NCBI RefSeq assembly: GCF_000039765.1
Contig: NC_004459.3
Span: 900,001 to 932,000, forward strand
Direction: 5' to 3'
Source of the DNA: Vibrio vulnificus CMCP6
GTDB taxonomy: Bacteria; Pseudomonadota; Gammaproteobacteria; Enterobacterales; Vibrionaceae
Length of the DNA stretch: 32,000 nt
Shown here: positions 20,161 through 32,000 of the stretch, one piece after another
Numbering within the stretch: the first letter of the stretch is position 1
How the letters are laid out: every line of letters begins with the position of its first letter
The notes under the pieces: generated by a model
The model's input: the letters and a program-made list of their open reading frames with translations, nothing else
Told to the model about the DNA's origin: nothing
The model's database searches: none
Made by a program: the position numbers and the translations under genes

Positions 20161-21795
20161 CTAACGACGATAAGCTCGCCAACTGAACAGCCAAAATGTG
20201 ACGCCTGCAATAGCCGTCGCCAGTGAAAGCTGTTCATAAGTGTGGTCCACCAATATTGCCGAGCATACGACTAATGTGGCCCCAACGCCAAATAAAAACT
20301 TTCCTGTTGCCTGCTGGCGCTTGCTGGCTCGATAGCCTTGGTAAAGCTGATCCATTCTCTGGTTCATCGCTTTGCCCTGTTTGAGGCTGTCATACAGCAA
20401 CTCCGGCAGTTCAGGTAATTTTTCCGCCCAATAAGGCGCGCGGTCTTTTATTGCATTGATCAACGCCTTAGGACCAACTTGATTCATCATCCACTCTTCA
20501 AGGAAGGGTTTTGCGGTTTCCCAGAGATCAAGCTGAGGATAAAGCTGGCGCCCTAATCCTTCCACATACAGCAAGGTTTTTTGCAATAACACCAGTTGCG
20601 GCTGAACTTCCATATTGAATCGCCTTGCGGTATTGAATAGGTTCAATAACACATGACCAAAGGAGATTTCACACAACGGTTTGGCAAAAATCGGCTCACA
20701 GACAATACGAATCGCAAATTCAAATTCATCAATATTGGTGTCTGCCGGTACCCAGCCAGAGTCCACATGCAGCTCTGCCACACGTCGATAATCACGATTA
20801 AAAAACGCCAAAAAGTTTTCCGCTAAATAGCGTTTATCTTCGCTATTTAATGTGCCAACAATGCCACAATCCAAACCAATCCATTGTGGGTTCTCGGGAT
20901 GTTCAGGGTTAACAAACACGTTCCCTGGATGCATGTCTGCATGGAAGAAGCTGTCGCGAAAAACTTGGGTAAAGAAAACACTCACCCCTCTTTCTGCCAA
21001 CAACTTCATGTTGGTGCCATTCGCTTTCAGGCCTGCAATATCCGAGACTTGGATGCCGTATATTCGCTCAGAAACCATGACAGTTTCATTACTAAAGTCC
21101 GGATAAACTTCAGGAACGTATAACTCTTCGCTGTCGGTAAAATTACGTCTTAGCTGTATCGCATTGGCCGCTTCGCGACGCAAATCAAGCTCATCCAGTA
21201 AGGTTTTCTCATACTCTCGAACCACTTCGATCGGTTTAAGACGACGTGCTTCAGGCATTGCTTTGGCGACTATACGCGCCATACGTCGCATCAGTTTTAG
21301 ATCTGCATCAATGATGGGACGAATATCTGGGCGAATGACCTTTAATACCACTTCTTGGTTAGTCGTTTTCAGCTTGGCGGTATGCACCTGCGCAATGGAG
21401 GCCGACGCTAAAGGAACTAGGTCAAAATCACTAAACCAGGTTTCTAAAGGCCCACCGAGCGCTTGCTCCATTTGTGCTTTCGCCAATGCACCATCAAAAG
21501 GCGAGACTTGATCTTGCAGCAGTGCAAGCGGGTCTGCAATGTGAGGAGGAAACAGATCGCGACGAGTAGACAACATCTGGCCAAATTTAATCCAAACAGG
21601 CCCTAACTCTTGCAGTGCAAGACGCAGACGATCCCCTAACGGTTTTTCTGGATGCTGATTTTTAAGCCAAAACAAGCTTTTGCGCATCCAACGTGGGGCT
21701 TTGGCAAGTTGATGGTCTGGCAGTAGGTCATCCAAACCATATTCAAGCTGAACTTTAATGATGCGATAAAGGCGCTTTAGCTCTGTCGGGGTCAT
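20161..21795 (-). CDS. ubiB: ubiquinone biosynthesis ABC1-family atypical kinase UbiB
   Basis: 544 aa with [62 protein letters not shown] and C-terminal TMs. Confidence 0.97.
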   Translation of the reverse strand: MTPTELKRLYRIIKVQLEYGLDDLLPDHQLAKAPRWMRKSLFWLKNQHPEKPLGDRLRLALQELGPVWIKFGQMLSTRRDLFPPHIADPLALLQDQVSPFDGALAKAQMEQALGGPLETWFSDFDLVPLASASIAQVHTAKLKTTNQEVVLKVIRPDIRPIIDADLKLMRRMARIVAKAMPEARRLKPIEVVREYEKTLLDELDLRREAANAIQLRRNFTDSEELYVPEVYPDFSNETVMVSERIYGIQVSDIAGLKANGTNMKLLAERGVSVFFTQVFRDSFFHADMHPGNVFVNPEHPENPQWIGLDCGIVGTLNSEDKRYLAENFLAFFNRDYRRVAELHVDSGWVPADTNIDEFEFAIRIVCEPIFAKPLCEISFGHVLLNLFNTARRFNMEVQPQLVLLQKTLLYVEGLGRQLYPQLDLWETAKPFLEEWMMNQVGPKALINAIKDRAPYWAEKLPELPELLYDSLKQGKAMNQRMDQLYQGYRASKRQQATGKFLFGVGATLVVCSAILVDHTYEQLSLATAIAGVTFWLFSWRAYRR

Positions 21796-22397
21796 GCTTT
21801 CTCCAACAGTTTTTGCAGACGAGCTTCTAGTCTGGCGAGTTCACTTTTGACCTCGTCTACTTGGTCACAGAAGTAAGCCACTTCCAATGGTCCAGGTGCC
21901 AGACGCCATTCTTCGGTAATCACCTGAGCAAGATGATGCTGCTGCTTTTTCGCTTGACGCCCGACGAAGCCACCGACATTCTTTACACCCTGAGCCAAAG
22001 AGTGAGCGACCACATCCCCAGTGACACGCGATACCCATTCCTCGACATCCGGTTTTGCATCCGTGATGAGCTGAGCAAATTTCTGCGCTAATTGAATATC
22101 CCCCTCAAGGATCAGCTTGTCTTGCTTAATCAGCTTCGTGATATTGGCTTGCTCTCTCAGCTCAGGCAACACCGCCAATTTAAGCGACAAATAACAATCC
22201 GGTTGGCCTTCATAATTGGCTAATACATCGATCTGTTGGCTAAAAATAAACGTCAACGTTTTGTTCAGCTCCTGGAGATGAACTTGGATCACTTGCCCCT
22301 TTAAACGTAATAAACGCTTTTCGAGATCCGGATTGTCTTTCACCAGCACATTGAGGCTAGTTTCAATCACTGCGGTAATGAGTGGTTCAAATGGCAT
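21792..22397 (-). CDS. ubiJ: ubiquinone biosynthesis accessory factor UbiJ (SCP2 domain)
   Basis: 201 aa between ubiE and ubi[35 protein letters not shown]. It overlaps the ubiB start by 4 nt. Confidence 0.93.
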   Translation of the reverse strand: MPFEPLITAVIETSLNVLVKDNPDLEKRLLRLKGQVIQVHLQELNKTLTFIFSQQIDVLANYEGQPDCYLSLKLAVLPELREQANITKLIKQDKLILEGDIQLAQKFAQLITDAKPDVEEWVSRVTGDVVAHSLAQGVKNVGGFVGRQAKKQQHHLAQVITEEWRLAPGPLEVAYFCDQVDEVKSELARLEARLQKLLEKA

Positions 22398-22405
22398 AGA
22401 GGCTC

Positions 22406-23188
22406 CTAAAATTTGTAGCCACGATGCAGGGCAACAATGCCACCCGTCAAATTGTAGTATGAGGTATTTTCAAAGCCCGCTTCTTGCATCATCCCCTTAA
22501 GGGTTTCTTGATCAGGGTGCATGCGAATCGATTCGGCCAAGTAACGGTAGCTATCGGCATCGTTCGCAACTAACTCACCCATTTTCGGTAATAGATGGAA
22601 AGAGTACGCATCATACACCTTGGATAACGGGTCAAAGACAGGTTTGGAAAATTCCAATACCAACAAACGACCACCCGGCTTGAGCACTCGGAACATCGAA
22701 CGAAGCGCTTTATCTTTGTCAGTCACGTTACGTAGGCAGAAACTGATGGTAATGATATCAAAGTAATCATCCGGAAATGGCAATTCCTCGGCATTCGCTT
22801 GTACGTAATGAACGTTACCGACAATGCCGCTGTCTCGTAGCTTGTCACGACCGACATTGAGCATAGAATTATTGATGTCAGCAAGAATGACATGGCCCTT
22901 TTCACCCACGATACGGGAAAACTTGGCCGTCAAATCGCCTGTGCCACCACCTAAATCTAATACTCTCTGACCAGGACGAGCACCACTGCAATCGATGGTA
23001 AAGCGCTTCCACAAACGATGAATTCCCCCTGACATCAGGTCGTTCATAATGTCGTATTTGGCTGCGACTGAATGAAATACTTGAGCAACCTTAGCGACTT
23101 TTTCTTCTTTCGCTACGGTAGTGAAACCAAAATGCGTGGTTTCTGATGATTCTAAAGCTGTATTCGATTGCACGCTGATGTCCGTCAT
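22406..23188 (-). CDS. ubiE: ubiquinone/menaquinone biosynthesis C-methyltransferase UbiE
   Basis: [74 protein letters not shown]. Confidence 0.97.
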   Translation of the reverse strand: MTDISVQSNTALESSETTHFGFTTVAKEEKVAKVAQVFHSVAAKYDIMNDLMSGGIHRLWKRFTIDCSGARPGQRVLDLGGGTGDLTAKFSRIVGEKGHVILADINNSMLNVGRDKLRDSGIVGNVHYVQANAEELPFPDDYFDIITISFCLRNVTDKDKALRSMFRVLKPGGRLLVLEFSKPVFDPLSKVYDAYSFHLLPKMGELVANDADSYRYLAESIRMHPDQETLKGMMQEAGFENTSYYNLTGGIVALHRGYKF

Positions 23189-24774
23189 TATTTTTCCTCT
23201 TGGGCAGTGCGGTTCGATTGAGGGCCGAAATGGTTTTCTTGGCCCAAGACTGCGGTCGAATAGTTTACTTTATCCTCAACGGGATGTCTTTCTACTAAAG
23301 AGTCATTTTGTGCTAATTGAGTTAAATCCGCCGAGATAGGGCGTTTGACTTCAACACCCAGCTCTTTGAAACTTTCAGCCTGACGAATGACATTTCCTCG
23401 CCCGGTCACTAATTTGTTCATTGCCCCTTGGTAACTTTGGTTAGCTTTATCCAGCGCTCCGCCTAAGTTTTGCATATCATCAACAAACAAGCGCAGCTTG
23501 TCGTATAGCTTGCTTGCTCGCTGTGCAATGATCTTCGCGTTCTGGCTCTGACGCTCATTGCGCCAGAGGTTATCAATGGTTCTCAAAGCAACCAGTAACG
23601 TGGTTGGACTCACCAAGATGATATTTTGCTCCATCGCGTCTTTGACGAGGCTCGGATCAGCTTGTATTGCCAATTGGAAAGCGGGCTCGACCGGTATAAA
23701 CATCAGCACATAGTCCAAGGAGTGAATACCTCTGAGCTGGTGATAATCTTTTATACTTAACCCTTTAATGTGCGCACGAATCGCAGCAAGGTGATTGGAC
23801 AACTCAATGTCGCGCTCGCTGTCCGACTCCGCATGGAAATAGCGCTCATAGGCTACCAACGTCATTTTGGAGTCGATCACCACTTGCTTATCTTGAGGCA
23901 AATAGACGATCACATCGGGTTGATAGCGTTTACCCGCTTCATTTTGCAAACTGACCTGAGTTTGGTATTCATGCCCTTCACGTAATCCTGATTCCGCAAG
24001 CACACGCGCCAGCACCACTTCTCCCCAGTTTCCTTGCTGTTTATTATCTCCTTTGAGCGCTTGCGTGAGATTCACGGCTTCACGAGTCATCTGCTCATTC
24101 AAGCGTTGTAAATTTTTCAACTCATGCACGAGCGTATGACGTTCTTTTGCCTCATGACTAAAACTATCATTGACCTGCTTCTTAAAGCCTTCTAACTGCT
24201 CTTTTAAGGGTGACAATAGTCCTTCTAAACTGAGGCGGTTTTGTTGATCAACCTTAGCGCTTTTCTCTTCAAAAAGTTGATTAGCAAGATGCTCAAACTG
24301 CTGTTTCAAGCGCACCTCTGCTTGTTCCAGAATTTGCAGCTTCTCCTGATTCGCTTGAGTCAGTTGCTCATGGCGAGCCTGCTGCTCACGCAGTTGTGTC
24401 TCTAACTTTGCGTTGCATTCCCTTAGCGCCGTTAACTCATCAAAGTATTGTTGACGCTCTTGTTTTACCGCATCGAAGTAGCGTAGTTTTTCAATTGCGG
24501 CCATCAACTTACCATGAGTCTGTTTGACCTCATAAGCTGCCTGATCGCGCTCCTGATCATAATCATCTAATTCTGTTTGGAGCTGTTGCATTCCGTGCTG
24601 CAGTTGTTCGATTTTACTGGCAGATAAACGTTGTTCACTTTCTAGCTGTTGTTGCAACAACTGATTCACCACCGCAAGCTTCTGGCGCTGCCACCAAGCG
24701 GCTAAAATTGCGGTCAATAGCGAAGAAAAAAGGGTCATCAGAAGGGAAGCTTGGTTATCGATAATCCATTGCAT
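23188..24774 (-). CDS. rmuC: RmuC-family DNA recombination protein
   Basis: N-terminal TM, long coiled coil and RmuC core [57 protein letters not shown]. The start is placed at [12 protein letters not shown] (24774). Its TAA overlaps the ubiE ATG. Confidence 0.93.
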   Translation of the reverse strand: MQWIIDNQASLLMTLFSSLLTAILAAWWQRQKLAVVNQLLQQQLESEQRLSASKIEQLQHGMQQLQTELDDYDQERDQAAYEVKQTHGKLMAAIEKLRYFDAVKQERQQYFDELTALRECNAKLETQLREQQARHEQLTQANQEKLQILEQAEVRLKQQFEHLANQLFEEKSAKVDQQNRLSLEGLLSPLKEQLEGFKKQVNDSFSHEAKERHTLVHELKNLQRLNEQMTREAVNLTQALKGDNKQQGNWGEVVLARVLAESGLREGHEYQTQVSLQNEAGKRYQPDVIVYLPQDKQVVIDSKMTLVAYERYFHAESDSERDIELSNHLAAIRAHIKGLSIKDYHQLRGIHSLDYVLMFIPVEPAFQLAIQADPSLVKDAMEQNIILVSPTTLLVALRTIDNLWRNERQSQNAKIIAQRASKLYDKLRLFVDDMQNLGGALDKANQSYQGAMNKLVTGRGNVIRQAESFKELGVEVKRPISADLTQLAQNDSLVERHPVEDKVNYSTAVLGQENHFGPQSNRTAQEEK

Positions 24775-24905
24775 AGTAAGGCGTTCTAAGAAAAGAGATG
24801 CGTGTTTCAATGGTATTTACATACTGGATAAATGTCCAGTTTGTTGCACAGAAAATCCTCGCTTACACTAGGTGCTTTGCTTGCTGACTATCATTTTGAG
24901 GATTT

Positions 24906-25814
24906 ATGAACGAGCGTCGCGCCCTAGGATTCGGGCTTTCTGCTGTATTGTTATGGTCTACTGTAGCGACCGCCTTTAAACTTACGCTCGCTGAGTTTAG
25001 TCCAATCCAAATGCTCACCATAGCCAGTGTTGTTTCTGCAATGGCCCTTCTCGCGATTTGCGCCTTGCAAGGAAAGCTGACACAGATCAGTGCTACTTTC
25101 TTATCAAATCCTTGGTATTACTTACTGCTAGGGTTGATTAACCCATTAGCCTACTACCTCATTTTATTTAAGGCCTACGATCTATTACCTGCCTCTCAGG
25201 CCCAAGCGATCAACTATAGCTGGGCCATCACACTGACACTGATGGCCGCTGTGTTTCTTGGACAGAAAATTCGTAAGCAAGATTGGGTAGCCTGTGTATT
25301 CAGCTACGTTGGTGTGATTGTCATTGCGACAAAAGGCGATTTATTAGGACTGTCATTTGAAAGCCCTGTGGGCGTAGCGCTAGCACTCACCTCGACTTTA
25401 CTTTGGGCTGGCTACTGGATCCTCAATACTAAAAACCAAGCCGATCCTATTGTTGGTGTGTTGCTTGGTTTCTTAGTCGCGATTCCTTTTGCCATTGCTT
25501 TGACGGTAATCGAAGGCCAGTCATGGGGGCAGATTTCGATGCAGGGCTGGCTTGCTGTCACTTATGTTGGCCTGTTTGAGATGGGAGTGACTTTTGTCCT
25601 ATGGCTTTCTGCACTAAAACTCACCAATAACACAGCAAGGATAAGCAACCTCATTTTCGCCTCACCATTTATCTCTCTCATGCTGCTTTCCTCCATAATT
25701 GGCGAGGAAATTCACCCTACAACCCTCATTGGCTTGATGCTCATTATTGCAGGGCTGGTGATTCAGCAGATCAAATGGGGCAAAAGAAAGCTCGCTGCCG
25801 CGGATCACTCTTAA
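24906..25814 (+). CDS. EamA/DMT-family permease
   Basis: 302 aa, about ten hydrophobic segments and two EamA repeats (RRALGFGLSAVLLWSTVATAFKLTL ... ALALTSTLLWAGYWILNTK). Confidence 0.9.
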   Translation: MNERRALGFGLSAVLLWSTVATAFKLTLAEFSPIQMLTIASVVSAMALLAICALQGKLTQISATFLSNPWYYLLLGLINPLAYYLILFKAYDLLPASQAQAINYSWAITLTLMAAVFLGQKIRKQDWVACVFSYVGVIVIATKGDLLGLSFESPVGVALALTSTLLWAGYWILNTKNQADPIVGVLLGFLVAIPFAIALTVIEGQSWGQISMQGWLAVTYVGLFEMGVTFVLWLSALKLTNNTARISNLIFASPFISLMLLSSIIGEEIHPTTLIGLMLIIAGLVIQQIKWGKRKLAAADHS

Positions 25815-25831
25815 CTGATGCTGGCTTACTG

Positions 25832-26659
25832 CTAACTAAACATGTTGTAAGCCATTTCACTTCCTTGCCCTCTGATTTGATCGATCACAAAGGCGCGTCC
25901 GGGAGTAATGCCCAGCGCCGCTGCCGCAGGGTGTTCAGCCAAGTAATGTTGCTTTTCCTCTTCTTCTAACATCGAATCCCAGCGCTTATTGATGTCTCTT
26001 GCCAAGTAGAGCAAGCAAGCTAACCGCTTGGCTATCTTAGCCTTGCCAGGATGATTGATGTTTTCAATGGCGTCTTTCATTTCTGGCGGAAACTTCCAAG
26101 CTTCGGCGAGCTTCGCTCCAAGTTCCGTCGCATCCGTGCCCAAGACCTCTCTTTGTGCACTTAACGGAGACTGCCCTTCCGCGATTTTATTACTGATTTC
26201 TATCGCTTGTTCTGGCACCAATGAGTGAATCATCAACTCTCCAATATTGTGCAGCACACCCGTCGTAAATACTTCATTGGCATCCAACTTCGCTTGATCT
26301 GCTAGCTTGCTCGCAATCATCGCGACCTCAAAGGTATTGGCCCAATAATCCTTGATATTCAATGTTTCAATTTTAGGGAACGCGCTGTAGAGAATTGAAG
26401 AAGAAACAAGAGTGCGAACAGCCCCACTCCCAACACGTATAACCGCTTCATTGAGGTTGGAAAGAGGTTTGTTACCGGCAAAATGTGCCGAGTTAGCCAT
26501 TCTGAGTAATCGAGCACTGAGTACCTGATCCATCGCCAATTTTTTTGATAGCTCAGAAAAATCAAAATTATCTCGATTGACCATCTCAAGTAATTCTTGC
26601 AGCACACTCTCAATCCGAGGTAATTCGTTGAGACGTGAAATCAGAGCTTCTTGGGACAT
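25832..26659 (-). CDS. HDOD domain-containing protein
   Basis: 275 aa: LPRIESVLQELLEMVNRDNFDFSELSKKLAMDQVLSARLLRMANSAHF...VLHNIGELMIHSLVPE. Confidence 0.9.
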   Translation of the reverse strand: MSQEALISRLNELPRIESVLQELLEMVNRDNFDFSELSKKLAMDQVLSARLLRMANSAHFAGNKPLSNLNEAVIRVGSGAVRTLVSSSILYSAFPKIETLNIKDYWANTFEVAMIASKLADQAKLDANEVFTTGVLHNIGELMIHSLVPEQAIEISNKIAEGQSPLSAQREVLGTDATELGAKLAEAWKFPPEMKDAIENINHPGKAKIAKRLACLLYLARDINKRWDSMLEEEEKQHYLAEHPAAAALGITPGRAFVIDQIRGQGSEMAYNMFS

Positions 26660-26826
26660 ACCTCTCTCCTTAGACTGTCGTGTTACTTAATTAATATAGG
26701 ACACATTAAGCAAGATAGACTCCTCGTTCTCTATTTAGTTTTTGGTATTGATTTAAAGCCAGTTAGGGGTTTTAAATCAACTAGAGTGGAAGAGCCCAGA
26801 AAATTGGCTAATACCAATCTGGAAAA

Positions 26827-27360
26827 TTAACTGTTCAGGTCTATCCAGCTTCTCGAGCACATCTGTCTGACTCTGGCCGAACATTCCAAAAAACTATTCC
26901 AAGCCCTACATACTTTGGAGACAATGTCTTCGTAATCCGCAAAAGATTGATTGGCGAGATAGTGTTGTCTTAACCAACTCCACACTTGTTCTATCGGGTT
27001 TAGCTCTGGTGAATATGGCGGGAGCTTGATGATACTGACATTGTCAAATGGCTCAGCAATGTCATTTGTATGCCAACCCGCGCCATCCATAATGACCACT
27101 GCGTGACGACCTTTTTCGGTCACCGCGAAGAGTTGCTTCAGATGCTCAACCATAATGTTCTTGTTAACCCAAGGAACGACCATTGCCTCACCAATACCTC
27201 TAGCGGGGCATACTGAGCCAAACAAATACGCATATTCAAACTGCTGCTGTTTTACCACTCTTGGTCTTGAGCCACGCTCAGCCCAAAGTCGAGTTGTCGT
27301 GTTTTGCTGGCCAAATCTTGCTTCATCTTGAAACCAGACATCGACGTTATCAAGCCCCAT
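26827..27360 (-). CDS. IS630-like transposase, C-terminal DDE part (frame B)
   Basis: WFQDEARFGQQNTTTRLWAERG, AVVIMDGAGWHT, IKLPPYSPELNPIEQVWSWLRQHYLAN. The frame is open upstream of this ATG to about 27453. Confidence 0.9.
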   Translation of the reverse strand: MGLDNVDVWFQDEARFGQQNTTTRLWAERGSRPRVVKQQQFEYAYLFGSVCPARGIGEAMVVPWVNKNIMVEHLKQLFAVTEKGRHAVVIMDGAGWHTNDIAEPFDNVSIIKLPPYSPELNPIEQVWSWLRQHYLANQSFADYEDIVSKVCRAWNSFLECSARVRQMCSRSWIDLNS

Positions 27361-27385
27361 GTGACCGGGGATCTTAAGGATCGTT

Positions 27386-27877
27386 TCAATTTTGAATTTT
27401 TTTAAAATCGTCTTGGATTTGCTGGGATTGACGAGGGTGTTTGGAGCGTGAAGTTATCCAAGCAAAGCCCATATGGTTGAGCAAGTAGTAGATCGAATCT
27501 GGGTGGTAGTGTTTGCCAAATTCATTAACGATATAAGCATGAATATCGTTACCAGTTAATCGACCGCCAGACGAATCCATCGCTCGAGCTTTTATATACT
27601 GACTTAATTGTTCTCGCTGCTCCGCGTTAAGAAATGCTGGGCGACCCGTTCTTGGTTTCTCTTGCAGTCCTTCAAGCCCTTCTTCAAGGAAGGTTTGTAC
27701 CCATTTATTCACACTGGCTCTGCTTACCTTAAGGAACTTAGCAATTTGGGTTCGAGAGTGACCATCTTTAAAATGGGCCAATGCGAGCAATCGCATCTTC
27801 ATTTGAATCGATTTTTGTTGGCTAGCAAGTTTTTTGAAATCAATGTTATTAAGACTGTCCATAGCGTCATTTATCAC
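27386..27877 (-). CDS. IS630-like transposase, N-terminal helix-turn-helix part (frame A)
   Basis: LAHFKDGHSRTQIAKFLKVSRASVNKWVQTFLEEGLEGLQEKPRTGRPAFLNAEQ... Confidence 0.9.
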   Translation of the reverse strand: MINDAMDSLNNIDFKKLASQQKSIQMKMRLLALAHFKDGHSRTQIAKFLKVSRASVNKWVQTFLEEGLEGLQEKPRTGRPAFLNAEQREQLSQYIKARAMDSSGGRLTGNDIHAYIVNEFGKHYHPDSIYYLLNHMGFAWITSRSKHPRQSQQIQDDFKKIQN

Positions 27878-27943
27878 GAAGAAGTAACAGCCTTAATTAG
27901 ATCATATTTTTAGTTAGGTTGGTATAAGTTGGATGAGTACAAA

Positions 27944-27973
27944 CAAAAAGACCCAGCATGTCAGCTAAGGTCT
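27944..27973 (-). terminator. degenerate third tandem terminator downstream of the rRNA operon
   Basis: Minus strand: AGACCTTAGC-TGACAT-GCTGGGTCTTTTTGTTTG (one-nt bulge). Confidence 0.65.
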
Positions 27974-28056
27974 AGCATAAGTAGTAAACAGCAAAGCTTT
28001 CAACTCTGGCATAAGCGGGATGCACTCCCCTTAAAAAAATTCACTACGCTTAAAAC

Positions 28057-28086
28057 GACCAAACCCAGTCTGAAGACTGGGTTTCT
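28057..28086 (-). terminator. second tandem terminator-like hairpin
   Basis: Perfect 10-bp stem AAACCCAGTC-TTCA-GACTGGGTTT, followed by GGTCGTTTT. Confidence 0.6.
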
Positions 28087-28173
28087 AAATAAGTGGCTGA
28101 CGGCTGGGGTGGCAGTCAACGGGCAAACCTTTTGCGGGACTCGTTGGTCACAGACCAAAATAATACAACAGAA

Positions 28174-28205
28174 ACAAAAAGACCTCAGCATTTCTGCTGA
28201 GGTCT
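28174..28205 (-). terminator. Rho-independent terminator of the rRNA operon (after tRNA-Asp)
   Basis: Minus strand: AGACCTCAGCA-GAAA-TGCTGAGGTCTTTTTGTTTC, perfect 11-bp stem. Confidence 0.9.
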
Positions 28206-28213
28206 GGAATAAG

Positions 28214-28290
28214 TGGCGGAGCGGACGGGACTCGAACCCGCGACCCCCGGCGTGACAGGCCGGTATTCTAACCAACTGAACTACCGCTCC
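28214..28290 (-). tRNA. tRNA-Asp (anticodon GUC)
   Basis: Minus strand: GGAGCGGTAGTTCAGTTGGTTAGAATACCGGCCTGTCACGCCGGGGGTCGCGGGTTCGAGTCCCGTCCGCTCCGCCA. Confidence 0.98.
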
Positions 28291-28320
28291 GCACTGGTTA
28301 GACCTAAAGTCTAAATTAAA

Positions 28321-28439
28321 AGCCTGGCGATGTTCTACTCTCACATGGGGAAACCCCACACTACCATCGACGCTATTTCGTTTCACTTCTGAGTTCGGAA
28401 TGGATTCAGGTGGGTCCAAAACGCTATGGTCGCCAAGCA
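28321..28439 (-). rRNA. rrf: 5S ribosomal RNA
   Basis: Minus strand begins TGCTTGGCGACCATAGCG and ends GAGAGTAGAACATCGCCAGGCT. Confidence 0.95.
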
Positions 28440-28560
28440 AATTCTGTTTTTGTCTTCACTTTTTCTAAAAAAGTGAAAGCAAAAAATCTGGAAAGCTGCT
28501 TATGTTCTCTACACATTCAATGTTCTTACATCGAGTCCATCAAAACCCTTTGGGTGTTGT

Positions 28561-31448
<2,888 letters not shown>

Positions 31449-31663
31449 ATACAACCCCAAAGGGTCTTTGTTAAACAACCAAAGTTGCTATCTCATTATT
31501 TGAATGAGCGAGATAGCGTTGATTTTGCCGGACTCAATTTCGAATAGTCACTAAAAGTGACCTTCCCAAGAACACTTGAATGTGTTTGTTGGTGTTTGTC
31601 TTAAAGACAAACATTGAGAACTTTACAAACAACAATAAATTGTTGTTTTGTCAGCTTTCCAAA

Positions 31664-31676
31664 TTGTTAAAGAGCA
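31664..31676 (-). promoter_or_regulatory. boxA antitermination element in the 16S-23S spacer
   Basis: Minus strand TGCTCTTTAACAA, upstream of 23S. Confidence 0.75.
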
Positions 31677-31787
31677 ATGCAATTCTCTACGAGAAACACA
31701 CTTTTTAAAGACTCTCAGCGTCGAAAAATCAACCACAAACATAAAGAAGGTGGTTTTCATCAAGAAACACTAAAAATATTTAAAGAG

Positions 31788-31863
31788 TGGTGGGCGATAC
31801 CGGGTTCGAACCAGTGACCCCCTGCTTGTAAGGCAGGTGCTCTCCCAACTGAGCTAATCGCCC
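31788..31863 (-). tRNA. tRNA-Val (anticodon UAC)
   Basis: Minus strand: GGGCGATTAGCTCAGTTGGGAGAGCACCTGCCTTACAAGCAGGGGGTCACTGGTTCGAACCCGGTATCGCCCACCA. Confidence 0.98.
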
Positions 31864-31877
31864 ATTGCATTCAAGAA

Positions 31878-31953
31878 TGGTGGAGCTATGCGGGATCGAA
31901 CCGCAGACCTCCTGCGTGCAAGGCAGGCGCTCTCCCAGCTGAGCTATAACCCC
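31878..31953 (-). tRNA. tRNA-Ala (anticodon UGC)
   Basis: Minus strand: GGGGTTATAGCTCAGCTGGGAGAGCGCCTGCCTTGCACGCAGGAGGTCTGCGGTTCGATCCCGCATAGCTCCACCA. Confidence 0.98.
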
Positions 31954-31967
31954 AACTCTTGAAGTAA

Positions 31968-32000
31968 TGGTGGGTCGTGCAGGATTCGAACCTGCGACCA
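31968..32000 (-). tRNA. tRNA-Lys, 3' part only (truncated by window end)
   Basis: Minus strand: TGGTCGCAGGTTCGAATCCTGCACGACCCACCA matches the 3' half of tRNA-Lys(UUU). The anticodon is outside the window. Confidence 0.85.

Larger units (their letters stand above)
26809..27927 (-). mobile_element. IS630-family-like insertion sequence, about 1.1 kb; exact ends uncertain
   Basis: Two consecutive transposase reading frames (HTH part then DDE part). Short imperfect terminal inverted repeats: ATACCAATCT at the left (26811) and reverse complement ATACCAACCT at the right (ends 27925). TA-rich flanks. Confidence 0.85.

Noticed and set aside
28095-28160. Possible degenerate tRNA between the first and second terminators (GACCAACGAGTCCCGCAAAAGGTTTGCCCGTTGACTGCCACC...)
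   Set aside because: I could not fold it into a cloverleaf. Only short tRNA 3'-end-like fragments are present, so I treat it as diverged spacer.
27929-28440. ORFs 27929..28255 (+) and 28000..28440 (-)
   Set aside because: They overlap the tandem terminators, tRNA-Asp and 5S rRNA. The C-terminal text SGRDSNPRPPA is the classic false translation of a tRNA antisense strand.

Overview
The window is mostly conserved Vibrio-type core chromosome. It runs from the glnA 3' end, DUF4124 gene and ntrB/ntrC, through a GGDEF/EAL protein, hemN, a DUF2489 gene, yihI, a methyltransferase, a diheme cytochrome c, engB, polA, hemB, tatD, tatCBA, ubiB/ubiJ/ubiE, rmuC, an EamA permease, an HDOD protein and an IS630-like element. 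It ends in a minus-strand rRNA operon: tRNA-Lys (partial), tRNA-Ala, tRNA-Val, 23S, 5S, tRNA-Asp. The most interesting content is non-coding. Three global-regulator sRNAs lie on the minus strand within about 6.2 kb: (1) a CsrB/C/D-type CsrA-sponge RNA at about 9890-10240, with 16 GGA motifs, several in perfect hairpin loops; (2) Spot 42 (spf) at 12475-12581; (3) a long RyhB at about 15881-16109 with a Fur-box-like promoter. Other points of note are an NtrC-like site before ntrB, three tandem degenerate terminator/spacer units after the rRNA operon, and an IS630-like transposase split at an A7 run. I found no CRISPR array, prophage, toxin or defence island, and no convincing new protein system.
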